Below the pieces are notes generated by a model. That model saw only the letters and a program-made list of their open reading frames with translations. It was not told where the DNA came from and made no database searches. From Gemmatimonadota bacterium (GTDB lineage Bacteria; Gemmatimonadota; Gemmatimonadetes; Gemmatimonadales; GWC2-71-9), in assembly GCA_039588295.1 (NCBI GenBank), contig JBDHAB010000052.1, positions 1 to 17,453 on the forward strand: a DNA stretch of 17,453 nucleotides, read 5' to 3'. How positions within the stretch are numbered: the first letter of the stretch is position 1; the number at the start of each line of letters is the position of its first letter. This document shows, one piece after another, positions 7,864 through 17,049 of the stretch. Made by a program: the position numbers and the translations under genes.

Positions 7864-9299
7864 GCGACACCGCGCGTTACGAGTCGCCGCTCAGCTCCCG
7901 CTACGCGTCCCCTCCGATGCAGCGGCTCTGGAGCGCGGCACACCGGGCCCAGGTTTGGCGCCGCTTGTGGCTCGCGCTCGCGGAGGCCGAGCGGGACGGT
8001 GGTGTCGCCATACCCGACCAGGCCGTCGCGCAGATGCGGGCCCACCTCGACGACGCTGACCTGCAACAGATTCGGCAATACGAGCGCCGATTCCGACACG
8101 ACGTGATGGCGCACATCCATCATTTCGGGGATCAGGCGCCCGCTGCCCGCCCCTACCTGCACCTCGGCGCGACCAGCGCGTACGTCAGCGATAATGCCGA
8201 CTTGATCGTGATCCGTGAGGCGCTGCGGCTGCTTCTCGGTCGTCTCATCGCCGTGATCCGGGCGCTCGCCAGCTTCGCCGACCGGTACCGGACACTCCCG
8301 ACAGTAGCGTACACGCACTTCCAACCGGCACAACTCACGACGGTCGGCAAGCGCGGTGCGGTGTGGCTGCAAGACTTCCAGCTCGATGCGGAGGGACTCG
8401 ACGCGTTGATCACTCGCTTGCCGTTCCGGGGCTGCAAGGGCACGACGGGCACCCAGGCCAGCTACCTCGAGCTATTCGGCGGCGACCACGACCGGGTGCG
8501 GGAACTGGACCGCCGGGTGGCGGCGGCCTTCGACTTCCACTGGACGATCCCCCTGACGGGTCAGACGTACCCGCGAAAGATCGACGCCTGGGTCCTCGAT
8601 GCACTGGGTGGTATCGCTCAGTCCGCGGCCAAGTTCGCCACCGACGTACGCTTGCTCCAACACGAGGGCGAGGTGCTCGAGCCGACCGAAGGTGAGCAAA
8701 TCGGGTCGAGCGCGATGCCATACAAACGCAACCCCATGCGCTGCGAGCGCATTACGTCCCTGGCACGGTACGTTGCGTCGCAGCAGTCGAACGCACACCA
8801 GACCGCGGCAACACAGTGGCTCGAGCGTACGCTCGACGACAGTGCCGTCCGGCGGCTCGCGATTCCTGAAGGATTCCTGGCAGCCGATGCGGTGCTGGTG
8901 CTGTGCACCAACGTGACTGCGGGCCTGGACGTACACAAGCCGACGGTGCGACGACACGTCGCCGCCGTGATGCCCTACATGGCGACCGAACGCTGGCTCA
9001 TGCATGCGGTGCAAGCGGGAGGGGACCGCCAATCCCTCCACGAGATCATTCGTAAACACAGCCGCGCCGTGCATGAAGACGAGGCACAGGGCGCAGCCAA
9101 CGATCTCCTCGAGCGACTGGCGGCCGACCCGGCGTTTCACATGGTCGATGGCGACGCGCTTCGTGCGGAGTTGGATCCGAAGCGATATGTGGGCCGGGCC
9201 GCCGAACAGGTCACCGAGTTCCTGGACGGCCCCGTGGCATCACTGCTGGAGTCACTGGCGCGTTACGAGATCCGTGACGACGCGAACGTGTCCGTATGA
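7860..9299 (+). CDS. purB: Adenylosuccinate lyase
   Basis: [41 protein letters not shown] and the fumarase-family signature [14 protein letters not shown] 7860 overlaps the protease stop codon. Confidence 0.96.
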   Translation: MSDTARYESPLSSRYASPPMQRLWSAAHRAQVWRRLWLALAEAERDGGVAIPDQAVAQMRAHLDDADLQQIRQYERRFRHDVMAHIHHFGDQAPAARPYLHLGATSAYVSDNADLIVIREALRLLLGRLIAVIRALASFADRYRTLPTVAYTHFQPAQLTTVGKRGAVWLQDFQLDAEGLDALITRLPFRGCKGTTGTQASYLELFGGDHDRVRELDRRVAAAFDFHWTIPLTGQTYPRKIDAWVLDALGGIAQSAAKFATDVRLLQHEGEVLEPTEGEQIGSSAMPYKRNPMRCERITSLARYVASQQSNAHQTAATQWLERTLDDSAVRRLAIPEGFLAADAVLVLCTNVTAGLDVHKPTVRRHVAAVMPYMATERWLMHAVQAGGDRQSLHEIIRKHSRAVHEDEAQGAANDLLERLAADPAFHMVDGDALRAELDPKRYVGRAAEQVTEFLDGPVASLLESLARYEIRDDANVSV

Positions 9300-10216
9300 C
9301 GTCCCGAACCCTCACCCAGAGCTTGTTGCCCCTCCAGTTGCTGCGCCGCGGCAAGGTGCGAGAGGTCTACGAGGTGGACGAAGACACGTTGCTGCTCGTG
9401 GCGAGCGATCGCATCAGTGCGTTCGATGTGGTCATGGGCGAGGCGATCCCCAACAAGGGAGCGGTGCTCACGCAGATGAGTGCCTACTGGTTCCGTCAGC
9501 TGCGCGACGTGACGGCCAGTCATTTTCTCACGGCCGACGCTGGCGAGATCGTCCGCCGGGTTCCGGTGCTCGACACGCGCCGAGACGTACTGCGCGGGCG
9601 GGCGATGCTCGCGAGACGGACCACACCCGTTCCGTTCGAATGCGTCGTTCGCGGCTATCTTGCCGGGTCTGCCTGGAAGGAATACCGTGCGCACGGCACC
9701 TTGGCGGGCGAGACGCTGCCGGCGGGACTCGCGGAGAGCGAGCGGTTGGACCCGCCGATCTTCTCGCCGGCCACCAAGGCACACACCGGTCACGACGAGA
9801 ACGTCACCTTCGCCCATGTCTGCGAGTCGCTCGGGACCGAGCTCGCGCAACGACTCCGACGGATCAGTCTCGCGATCTACCGGTCGGCGGCAGCCGAGAC
9901 CCTGATGCGAGGAATCATCATCGCCGACACGAAGTTCGAATTCGGCCACGCGCGCACGGGCGAGTTGCTGCTGATCGATGAGGTTCTCACCCCCGATTCG
10001 TCGAGGTTCTGGCTTGCCGATCGGTACGAGCCGGGCCGGGGGCAGCCCAGTTTCGACAAACAGCCGCTGCGCGACTATCTGGACGGCTTGCGAAGCGATG
10101 GATCCTGGAACGGCGACGCGCCGCCACCGCGCCTGTCTCCCGAGATCGTCGAGGCAACGAGCGCGCGTTACCTGGACGCTTACCATCGCGTGACGGGCGA
10201 GCCGCTCAAGGCGTGA
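9296..10216 (+). CDS. purC: SAICAR synthetase
   Basis: [64 protein letters not shown] and SFDKQ. Confidence 0.97.
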   Translation: MTSRTLTQSLLPLQLLRRGKVREVYEVDEDTLLLVASDRISAFDVVMGEAIPNKGAVLTQMSAYWFRQLRDVTASHFLTADAGEIVRRVPVLDTRRDVLRGRAMLARRTTPVPFECVVRGYLAGSAWKEYRAHGTLAGETLPAGLAESERLDPPIFSPATKAHTGHDENVTFAHVCESLGTELAQRLRRISLAIYRSAAAETLMRGIIIADTKFEFGHARTGELLLIDEVLTPDSSRFWLADRYEPGRGQPSFDKQPLRDYLDGLRSDGSWNGDAPPPRLSPEIVEATSARYLDAYHRVTGEPLKA

Positions 10217-10860
10217 GGCTTGCGCGCGAGGGCGTCCCGTTTGTCGTCGGCGCCACGGTACTGGGGGCGGGGCTTCTCACCGCTGGCGCCATCTTCGGCG
10301 GGTGGTGGTGGCTCGGCGCCGTGTTGTCGCTGCCCATCGCGCTGTGGGTCCCATGGTTCTTTCGCGATCCGGTGCGGCGGGGCCCGCGCGGGAGTCGCCT
10401 TGTGCTTGCACCGGCTGACGGTCGCGTCGTGAGCGTCACCTCGGTCGAGGAGCCGGACTTCGTGATCGGGACGGCTACGCGCGTCTCGGTCTTCATGAAC
10501 GTGCTCAACGTGCATGTGAACCGATACCCAGCTTCGGGACTGGTTGCCTATCGCGAATACCGGCCTGGGGCGTTCCTCAACGCCACGCGAGACAAAGCCA
10601 GCGAGAAGAACGAGCGGATGTCATTGGGAATCCGGACAGACCAGGGACCCGTCCTCGTGCGCCAGATCGCCGGACTCATCGCGCGCCGCATCGTGACGGA
10701 CGCCCAGGTGGGCGACCGGGCGCTCCAGGGCGAGCGGCTTGGCATGATTCGCTTCGGATCGCGCGTCGACACGTTTCTCCCGCTAGGCGCACGAATCGCC
10801 GTCTCGGTCGGAGCGCAGACGCGCGCCGGCGTGACTACCATTGCGGAATGGCCCACATGA
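10213..10860 (+). CDS. psd: Phosphatidylserine decarboxylase proenzyme (short type)
   Basis: N-terminal membrane anchor, [38 protein letters not shown] and the RFGSRVD self-cleavage site that generates the pyruvoyl group. Confidence 0.95.
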   Translation: MRLAREGVPFVVGATVLGAGLLTAGAIFGGWWWLGAVLSLPIALWVPWFFRDPVRRGPRGSRLVLAPADGRVVSVTSVEEPDFVIGTATRVSVFMNVLNVHVNRYPASGLVAYREYRPGAFLNATRDKASEKNERMSLGIRTDQGPVLVRQIAGLIARRIVTDAQVGDRALQGERLGMIRFGSRVDTFLPLGARIAVSVGAQTRAGVTTIAEWPT

Positions 10861-11708
10861 CGCGCGGCCCGAGGAAACCCCGCCGGATGCGACGTGCGGT
10901 GGTTGTCGTGCCCAGCATCTTTACGCTGACGAATCTGTTCTTTGGCGTGTGGTCCATCGTGCTCGCCGCCCAGGGTTCGTATTACCTCGCGAGCTGGTGG
11001 ATCGTTATCGCGGGCGTGCTCGACGTGATCGACGGTCTGTCGGCCCGGGTGAGCAAGACGGGAACGCGGTTTGGGGCGGAGCTCGATTCGCTCGTGGACC
11101 TCGTGAGTTTCGGCGTTGCGCCGGCCATGCTGCTGTACTTCATCCACTTCTCCACGCAGGGGGGGTTCGCGTGGGTATTTCTGTACGGCTTCGTGGTGTG
11201 CGCTGCACTGCGCCTTGCACGATACAACGTGCAGGGTACGGAACTCCCCAAGACGCGCTTCAACGGCCTTCCCTCCCCCGCGGCGGGGATGACCCTGGCG
11301 ACCTATTTCCCGTTCACGCAGACACCGTTCTACGAAGTCCAGCTGGCAGGTCTCCCGTGGAACTCCATCCTCATCTTTCTTGTCATCGCGTTGAGCATGG
11401 CGATGGTGAGTAACCTGCAATACGCCCGGCTACCGCGGATTGGAGTGAAGACCGTTCGCGGTGTGCTTGGCCTTGCCGTGCACCTCACGATCATCGCCTT
11501 TGCGATCTGGGAACGCGAGATCTTCTTTTTCCCGCTCGGCATCGCCTATCTCTCCTATGGCATGGCGCGGGCGGTGGTCATCGGGATCCTAGAGCGAGGC
11601 GACGATTCCGGCGGCCCGGGGTCACGAATTGCCCACATCCCATTCGTGATGCGGGGCTCGGAGGGCCGGAAAGCAAAACGGCGGGAGCCACCGGCTCGGG
11701 AGTTGTAG
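10857..11708 (+). CDS. pssA: CDP-diacylglycerol--serine O-phosphatidyltransferase
   Basis: PSIFTLTNLFFG, the CDP-alcohol phosphotransferase motif DVIDGLSAR...FGAELDSLVD, SFGVAPA, LRLARYN and FNGLPSPAA. Adjacent to psd. Start is ATG 10857 (ATGA overlap) or 10848. Confidence 0.95.
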   Translation: MTRGPRKPRRMRRAVVVVPSIFTLTNLFFGVWSIVLAAQGSYYLASWWIVIAGVLDVIDGLSARVSKTGTRFGAELDSLVDLVSFGVAPAMLLYFIHFSTQGGFAWVFLYGFVVCAALRLARYNVQGTELPKTRFNGLPSPAAGMTLATYFPFTQTPFYEVQLAGLPWNSILIFLVIALSMAMVSNLQYARLPRIGVKTVRGVLGLAVHLTIIAFAIWEREIFFFPLGIAYLSYGMARAVVIGILERGDDSGGPGSRIAHIPFVMRGSEGRKAKRREPPAREL

Positions 11709-11710
11709 GG

Positions 11711-11752
11711 GCGCCAGCCGGCTGGTATCCAGGCCGAACGGTGCGCTGGCGC
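11711..11752 (+). other. GC-rich stem-loop right after the pssA stop (possible terminator or 3' stabiliser)
   Basis: GCGCCAGC (11711-11718) pairs with GCTGGCGC (11745-11752), enclosing an inner CGGCTGG/CCAGGCCG hairpin. No U-tract follows. Confidence 0.4.
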
Positions 11753-11780
11753 ACATCGCTAGGTCGAGCCGACATGAAAT

Positions 11781-11830
11781 TGCTATCTTTGGATTGAAGG
11801 TACTGAGACAACCGAGGTCTTCGAGGAGGA
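11781..11830 (+). promoter_or_regulatory. Extended -10 promoter and strong ribosome-binding site for the lipoprotein gene
   Basis: TGcTATCTT at 11781-11789, the same -10 hexamer as at truA. GAGGAGGA at 11823-11830 precedes ATG 11836. Confidence 0.5.
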
Positions 11831-11835
11831 AGCTC

Positions 11836-12366
11836 ATGAGATGGCCGAGGCTGACAATCGCGGCCGCGCTGAGCGCGGCACTCATCGGGTGTGGGAGTGA
11901 CGAGCAGCCTGAGCAGACGGCGGCGCTCGAGCCCGCGGCGCCAGGCACTCCCGCGGAAACACCCCCGGCGGCGCCTACCCCCGAGATCTCGGAGCCTGCT
12001 CCGGCGCGAGCCGCCCCAGCGACCGCGATGCAGCAACCTGCGGCACGGGCTCCGGTGGTCGACGAACCATGGACGCCAACCGCCACCGGCACGGTGGATC
12101 CGGGCATGACCCGAAGCGACGTCGTGGGCACGTGGGGTGACCCCGTGGCCGAGCGGGTGACCGGAACCCGAGGGTACCTCTACTATCGGAACGGGTGCGA
12201 AGCGAGCTGCGGAACGTTCGACGTGGTGTTCCTCGAGAGTGACCAAGTCGTGGACGCCATCGTTCGTGGTCGTGGGCACACCTATTCCGGCGTTTCGTCG
12301 TCGCCGCCGAATCGGGAGGCCAGACCCACGCTTCCCGGGACGGAGATGGGCGCGACAGGAGCCTAG
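11836..12366 (+). CDS. Lipoprotein with a Pro/Ala-rich linker and a C-terminal SmpA/OmlA(BamE)-like domain
   Basis: MRWPRLTIAAALSAALIG-C lipobox, a low-complexity Pro/Ala linker, then PGMTRSDVVGTWGDP...YLYY...DVVFLESDQVV, matching the GMT-x-x-x-V-x-x-x-x-G-x-P pattern. The domain assignment is by eye. Confidence 0.75.
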   Translation: MRWPRLTIAAALSAALIGCGSDEQPEQTAALEPAAPGTPAETPPAAPTPEISEPAPARAAPATAMQQPAARAPVVDEPWTPTATGTVDPGMTRSDVVGTWGDPVAERVTGTRGYLYYRNGCEASCGTFDVVFLESDQVVDAIVRGRGHTYSGVSSSPPNREARPTLPGTEMGATGA

Positions 12367-12369
12367 GGT

Positions 12370-12678
12370 ATGCCTGACAAGCCGAGCCGCAACGAGGACG
12401 AGTACTTCGCCAAACAGTCCGCCGAGCTCATCAAGGCACAGCGGGCCGCCGCGGAGCGGGCCGCCGACGATGCCTCACGCAAGAGCCACATCATGAAGTG
12501 TCCCAAGTGTGGTGCCGACTTGGTGACGGAGGACTACCACGGTATTCAGGTGGACCGCTGTTCAGAATGCCACGGGATGTGGCTCGATGCGGGCGAGGCC
12601 GAGGACTTGTTGCGACGCGAGGACGCCGGGATCATCAAGATTTTCCAGTCGATCATGAAGGGGGTCGGTTCAGGCTGA
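12370..12678 (+). CDS. zf-TFIIB-type zinc-ribbon protein
   Basis: MKCPKCGADL...IQVDRCSECHGMWLDAGE, which fits the CPxC...(V/I)DxCxxCxGxWLDxGE pattern. ACAGGAG ribosome-binding site upstream. Confidence 0.85.
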   Translation: MPDKPSRNEDEYFAKQSAELIKAQRAAAERAADDASRKSHIMKCPKCGADLVTEDYHGIQVDRCSECHGMWLDAGEAEDLLRREDAGIIKIFQSIMKGVGSG

Positions 12679-12711
12679 CGGCGGGCCGTCCCGTCGAGCA
12701 GTGGAGCCACG

Positions 12712-12751
12712 CCCGGACGGCCGATCGTCGGATTGGCCGTGCGGGTTTCCT
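12712..12751 (+). terminator. Terminator-like hairpin about 20 nt upstream of purF
   Basis: CCCGGACGGCCGATC-gtcg-GATTGGCCGTGCGGG followed by TTTCCT, a weak U-tract. Confidence 0.45.
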
Positions 12752-12765
12752 CCCGGAGCGAGCAG

Positions 12766-14169
12766 ATGTGCGGAATCTTCGGGGTCTCAGGACTCGATAA
12801 CGCGGCCGAACTCACGTACCTCGGGTTGTACGCGCTGCAGCACCGGGGTCAGGAGTCGGCCGGGATCGTCACGATTGGGGACGATGGCGCGTGCGTCCAC
12901 CGCGACATGGGGTTGGTGCCGGACATCTTCCCGATCAAGACCCTGAGACAGCTGCCGGGATCGGTCGCCATTGGGCACACTCGGTATTCCACCACCGGAA
13001 GCTCGGTAGCGAGCAACGCGCAGCCGGTGATGGTGAACTACCATGGTGGACCGCTCGCGCTCGCTCATAACGGGAACCTCACCAACGCGCAGGAACTCCG
13101 CGACGACCTGGTGTCCCAGGGTTCAATCTTTCAGACCTCCTCGGATTCCGAAGCACTGATCCACCTCATCGCGCGATCCGACGCTCGTCGGCCGGAGGAC
13201 CAGATCCTCGATGCGCTGGACCGAGCGGAAGGCGCGTACACACTGCTCCTCGCCATCGGCACGGCGCTGTACGCGATTGTCGACCCCCGCGGATTCCGCC
13301 CCCTCGTGCTCGGAACCCTCCGGGACGGGTGGATCCTGGCCTCGGAGACGTGCGCGCTGGACATCGTCGGTGCTCAGCCCGTGCGTGAGATCGAACCGGG
13401 TGAGTGGATCAGGATCGAAGACGGCACGCTCACGGACCTTCCCCGGCTGGACCCAAAGCCACATCGGCGATGTGTGTTCGAGTTGATCTACTTTTCGCGG
13501 CCGGACAGCGTCGTGTTCGGACGATCGGTCGATCGCGTGCGTCGGGAGTTGGGACGCCAGCTCGCGCGCGAGCACCCCTCACCGGGCGCCGACTGTGTGT
13601 TCTCGGTGCCGGACTCGTCGAATGCCATGGCGTTGGGGTACGCGGAGGAGAGCGGCCTCAAGCTCGAGCACGGCCTGATCCGCAACCACTACGTGGGTCG
13701 CACGTTCATCAGTCCCGAGCAGGCCAGCCGCATGACCAAGGTACGAATCAAGTTCAACCCCGTTCGCGAGGTCATCGAGGGCAAGGAGGTCGTGGTGGTC
13801 GATGACTCCCTCGTTCGTGGGACCACGTCCACATTGCTCATGCAGATGATCCGTCAGGCCGGTGCTCGCGCGGTTCACCTGCGCCTCGCCTCCCCACCCA
13901 TCACAGGTCCATGTCTCTATGGCATTGACACTCCGAACCGCGCGGAGCTCATCGCGGCCAATGAAACGGTCGAAGGGATTCGCCGGCACGTCGGCGTGGA
14001 CACGTTGGCGTACCTCTCGCTCGATGGAACCCTGAAGGCCGCCGGGGGCGATCCCGAGACCTTCTGCCACGCGTGCTTCTCGGGTCAGTACCCGACCGGC
14101 CGACCGACGGCCTCCGGATCCCGGCGGGAATCGGCGGCGGATTCCACAGTCAGTGCCCTGATCGAATGA
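12766..14169 (+). CDS. purF: Amidophosphoribosyltransferase (Fe-S-containing type)
   Basis: N-terminal nucleophile M-CGIFG, LQHRGQESAGI, GHTRYST, AHNGNL, SDSE, PRPP-binding loop VVVDDSLVRGTTS, and Fe-S cysteines in CVFE, CLYGID and CHAC. Confidence 0.97.
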   Translation: MCGIFGVSGLDNAAELTYLGLYALQHRGQESAGIVTIGDDGACVHRDMGLVPDIFPIKTLRQLPGSVAIGHTRYSTTGSSVASNAQPVMVNYHGGPLALAHNGNLTNAQELRDDLVSQGSIFQTSSDSEALIHLIARSDARRPEDQILDALDRAEGAYTLLLAIGTALYAIVDPRGFRPLVLGTLRDGWILASETCALDIVGAQPVREIEPGEWIRIEDGTLTDLPRLDPKPHRRCVFELIYFSRPDSVVFGRSVDRVRRELGRQLAREHPSPGADCVFSVPDSSNAMALGYAEESGLKLEHGLIRNHYVGRTFISPEQASRMTKVRIKFNPVREVIEGKEVVVVDDSLVRGTTSTLLMQMIRQAGARAVHLRLASPPITGPCLYGIDTPNRAELIAANETVEGIRRHVGVDTLAYLSLDGTLKAAGGDPETFCHACFSGQYPTGRPTASGSRRESAADSTVSALIE

Positions 14170-14253
14170 GCGAGGCCCACTGCTCCGAGCCGCTACCGCC
14201 TGACACCTCCTGCCGGCACCCTCGGTCCCCACGGCAGCAACCGCACCGCTAGA

Positions 14254-14289
14254 TGGCACCGCACGTGCACCAGAACTTCATGCTAGATT
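14254..14289 (+). promoter_or_regulatory. Candidate ppdK promoter(s): sigma54-like -24/-12 element and an extended -10
   Basis: TGGCAC-CGCAC-GTGCA (14254-14269) has the GG-N10-GC spacing. TGcTAGATT lies at 14281-14289. Confidence 0.4.
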
Positions 14290-14341
14290 CACGCCGGAAC
14301 CCCAGATTCACTCGCTGAACCACACGATCAGGGAAGACACG

Positions 14342-16975
14342 ATGCCGCACGTCTATCTGTTCGGCGGGGGCACCGCCGAGGGTCACGCCGGGATGTCCGA
14401 TGTCCTCGGCGGCAAGGGCGCCAACCTCGCCGAGATGACCAACCTGGGCATTCCGGTTCCCCCGGGGTTCACTATCTCCGCCACGCTCTGCACCACATAC
14501 ATCCAGGACGGACGCCTACCCGAGTCCCTCGACGGTGAGGTGACCGCCGCGATCGCCAAGCTCGAGGATCTGACGGGACGGACGTTCGCCGGATTGGAGC
14601 GACCGCTCCTCCTGTCCGTACGTTCGGGCGCCAAGATCTCGATGCCGGGCATGATGGATACGGTGCTCAACCTGGGTCTCAATGACCAGACGGCTGAGGC
14701 CCTCGCAACCGAGACAGGCAACCGCCGGTTCGTGTTCGACTCGTACCGCCGATTCGTGCAGATGTACGGCAACGTGGTCTACAACATCAAGGGTTCGCCC
14801 GAGACCGGTGATCCGTTCGAGCACGCCCTGGAGAGGATGAAGGAAGAGCGTGGCGTGGTGCGCGACATCGATCTTGCGCCCGATGACCTACTCACGCTCG
14901 TCGCCACGTTCAAATCGATCGTGGAAGAGGAGATCGCCAAGCCCTTCCCCGAGGATCCGTGGGCACAACTCTGGGGCTCTATCGAGGCCGTGTACGGCAG
15001 CTGGAACGCTCGTCGCGCAGTCGACTACCGCCGTGTCCACCACATCCCAGGCGACATGGGCACTGCGGTCAACGTGATGGTCATGGTGTTCGGTAACGTC
15101 GGTGAGGACTCGGGAACGGGCGTCGCGTTTACGCGCAATCCGTCCACCGGCGAGCGAGACATCTTCGGGGAGTTCCTCACGAATGCCCAGGGTGAAGACG
15201 TCGTCGCGGGCATACGCAATCCGGAGCCAATCGTGAAGATGCATGCATGGGCCCCGGAGATCTACCGAGAGTTCGAGCAGCACTGCCAGACGCTCGAGCA
15301 GCACTACGCGGATATGCAGGACGTCGAGTTCACCGTCGAGCACGGCAAGCTCTACATGCTGCAGACTCGGAGGGGGAAGTGTACTGCCGCGGCTGCGGTC
15401 CGGATGGCCGTGGAAATGGTGGATGAGGGCTTGATCGACCCGAAAACGGCAGTCCAGCGCGTCGAGCCAGACCAGCTGAACCATCTGCTTCACCCCACCC
15501 TCGACCCCGATGCGGACCTCAAGATCCTGGCGACCGGACTCCCGGCCTCACCCGGTGCGGCCGTGGGCAAGGCGGTGTTCGACGCCGATCGTGCGGCGGA
15601 ACTCGGAGAGTCCGGAGAGCCGGTGATCCTGGTTCGCAAGGAAACGAGCCCGGATGACTTCCACGGGATGGCCGTCGCTCGGGGCATCCTGACCTCCCGA
15701 GGCGGTATGACCAGCCACGCAGCCGTGGTGGCTCGCGGCATGGGCAAGTCCTGTGTGGCCGGCGCCAAGGGCCTGACCGTCAACGAGGCCGAGCGGCGGT
15801 TCACAGCCGAGGGCATCACGGTGAAGGAAGGCGAGTGGATCACACTCGACGGCTCGAACGGTCGCGTCATCCTCGGCGAGACCAAACTCGTCCAACCAGA
15901 GCTGGGTGAGGACTTTCTGCGGCTCATGGCATGGGCTGACGAGTTCCGACGGCTCCGGGTCCGGACCAACGCCGACACACCGCGGGACTCGGCACGGGCG
16001 CGTGAGTTTGGGGCTGAGGGAATCGGGCTCTGCCGCACGGAGCATATGTTCTTCGAGGGCGAGCGCATCAACAGCATGCGCGAGATGATCATTGCCAAAA
16101 CGGAGAAGGATCGGCGCCGGGCACTGGCCAAACTGCTGCCGATGCAGCGCGAGGATTTCATTGGGATCTTCCGTGCGATGGATGGTTATCCTGTAACGAT
16201 CCGGACCCTCGACCCGCCGCTTCATGAGTTCTTACCCCACGAGGCAGACGAGATCAAGCAGGTTGCCACGGCCATGGGTGTGGACCCATCAGACATGCGC
16301 CGAACCATTGAGAGCCTGGCGGAAGCCAATCCCATGCTCGGGCATCGCGGTTGCCGCCTGGGCATGGCCTATCCGGAGATCACGGAAATGCAGGCCCAGG
16401 CAATCTTCGAGGCTGCATGTACGGTTGCGGCTGAAGGTATCGAGGTCTATCCGGAGGTCATGATTCCACTAGTCGGGCACCGGGAAGAGCTGCGGCGCCA
16501 AGCCGATATCGTCCGCGAGGTCGCGGAGCGCGTGTTCGTCGAGCAGGGGCGACGGGTCGACTACCTGGTTGGTACCATGATCGAGATCCCGCGAGCATGT
16601 GTGACGGCTGACGAGATCGCCGAGGTCGCGGAGTTTTTCTCCTTCGGTACGAATGACCTCACCCAGACGACGCTGGGCATCTCCCGGGACGACGCAGGCC
16701 GATTTCTCACCATGTACCAGGAAACCGGGGTGCTCTCAGATGACCCCTTCCAGACCATGGACCAGACAGGAGTGGGAGAACTTGTGAAGATGGCCGTGAA
16801 GAAGGGGCGCGCCACCAAGCCAAGCCTGAAGATCGGGATCTGCGGCGAGCACGGTGGGGACCCGCGCTCGGTGGCCTTCTGTCATCGCGAAGGCCTCAAC
16901 TATGTCTCGTGCTCCCCGTTCAGGGTACCGATCGCCCGCTTGGCGGCTGCCCAGGCCGCGCTGGCCAGCATGTAA
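14342..16975 (+). CDS. ppdK: Pyruvate, phosphate dikinase
   Basis: 877 aa. LGGKGANLAEM, PVPPGFTI, LLLSVRSGA, SMPGMMDTVLNLGLN, phospho-His motif GGMTSHAAVVARG, GIGLCRTEHMFF, EANPMLGHRGCRL, FSFGTNDLTQ and GICGEHGG. Confidence 0.98.
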   Translation: MPHVYLFGGGTAEGHAGMSDVLGGKGANLAEMTNLGIPVPPGFTISATLCTTYIQDGRLPESLDGEVTAAIAKLEDLTGRTFAGLERPLLLSVRSGAKISMPGMMDTVLNLGLNDQTAEALATETGNRRFVFDSYRRFVQMYGNVVYNIKGSPETGDPFEHALERMKEERGVVRDIDLAPDDLLTLVATFKSIVEEEIAKPFPEDPWAQLWGSIEAVYGSWNARRAVDYRRVHHIPGDMGTAVNVMVMVFGNVGEDSGTGVAFTRNPSTGERDIFGEFLTNAQGEDVVAGIRNPEPIVKMHAWAPEIYREFEQHCQTLEQHYADMQDVEFTVEHGKLYMLQTRRGKCTAAAAVRMAVEMVDEGLIDPKTAVQRVEPDQLNHLLHPTLDPDADLKILATGLPASPGAAVGKAVFDADRAAELGESGEPVILVRKETSPDDFHGMAVARGILTSRGGMTSHAAVVARGMGKSCVAGAKGLTVNEAERRFTAEGITVKEGEWITLDGSNGRVILGETKLVQPELGEDFLRLMAWADEFRRLRVRTNADTPRDSARAREFGAEGIGLCRTEHMFFEGERINSMREMIIAKTEKDRRRALAKLLPMQREDFIGIFRAMDGYPVTIRTLDPPLHEFLPHEADEIKQVATAMGVDPSDMRRTIESLAEANPMLGHRGCRLGMAYPEITEMQAQAIFEAACTVAAEGIEVYPEVMIPLVGHREELRRQADIVREVAERVFVEQGRRVDYLVGTMIEIPRACVTADEIAEVAEFFSFGTNDLTQTTLGISRDDAGRFLTMYQETGVLSDDPFQTMDQTGVGELVKMAVKKGRATKPSLKIGICGEHGGDPRSVAFCHREGLNYVSCSPFRVPIARLAAAQAALASM

Positions 16976-17049
16976 CGCGGGCGCGATTGCTTGGCACCCG
17001 GAGTCCATTCACGCCACTTTGGCCTGGAGGACACCTGTCGCCAGCCTAA

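Noticed and set aside
12733..12765. Bacillus-like 11-residue PurF propeptide from TTG 12733
   Set aside because: An ATG directly precedes the catalytic Cys, with GGAG upstream, and the TTG is buried in a hairpin.
4771..16818. Minus-strand ORFs opposite truA, htrA, purB, purC, psd/pssA, purF and ppdK
   Set aside because: They are antisense to well-supported genes and show no domain signatures.
17023..17035. TGGAGG as a duplicated tmRNA 3' end (attR)
   Set aside because: Only 6 nt match, which is expected by chance.
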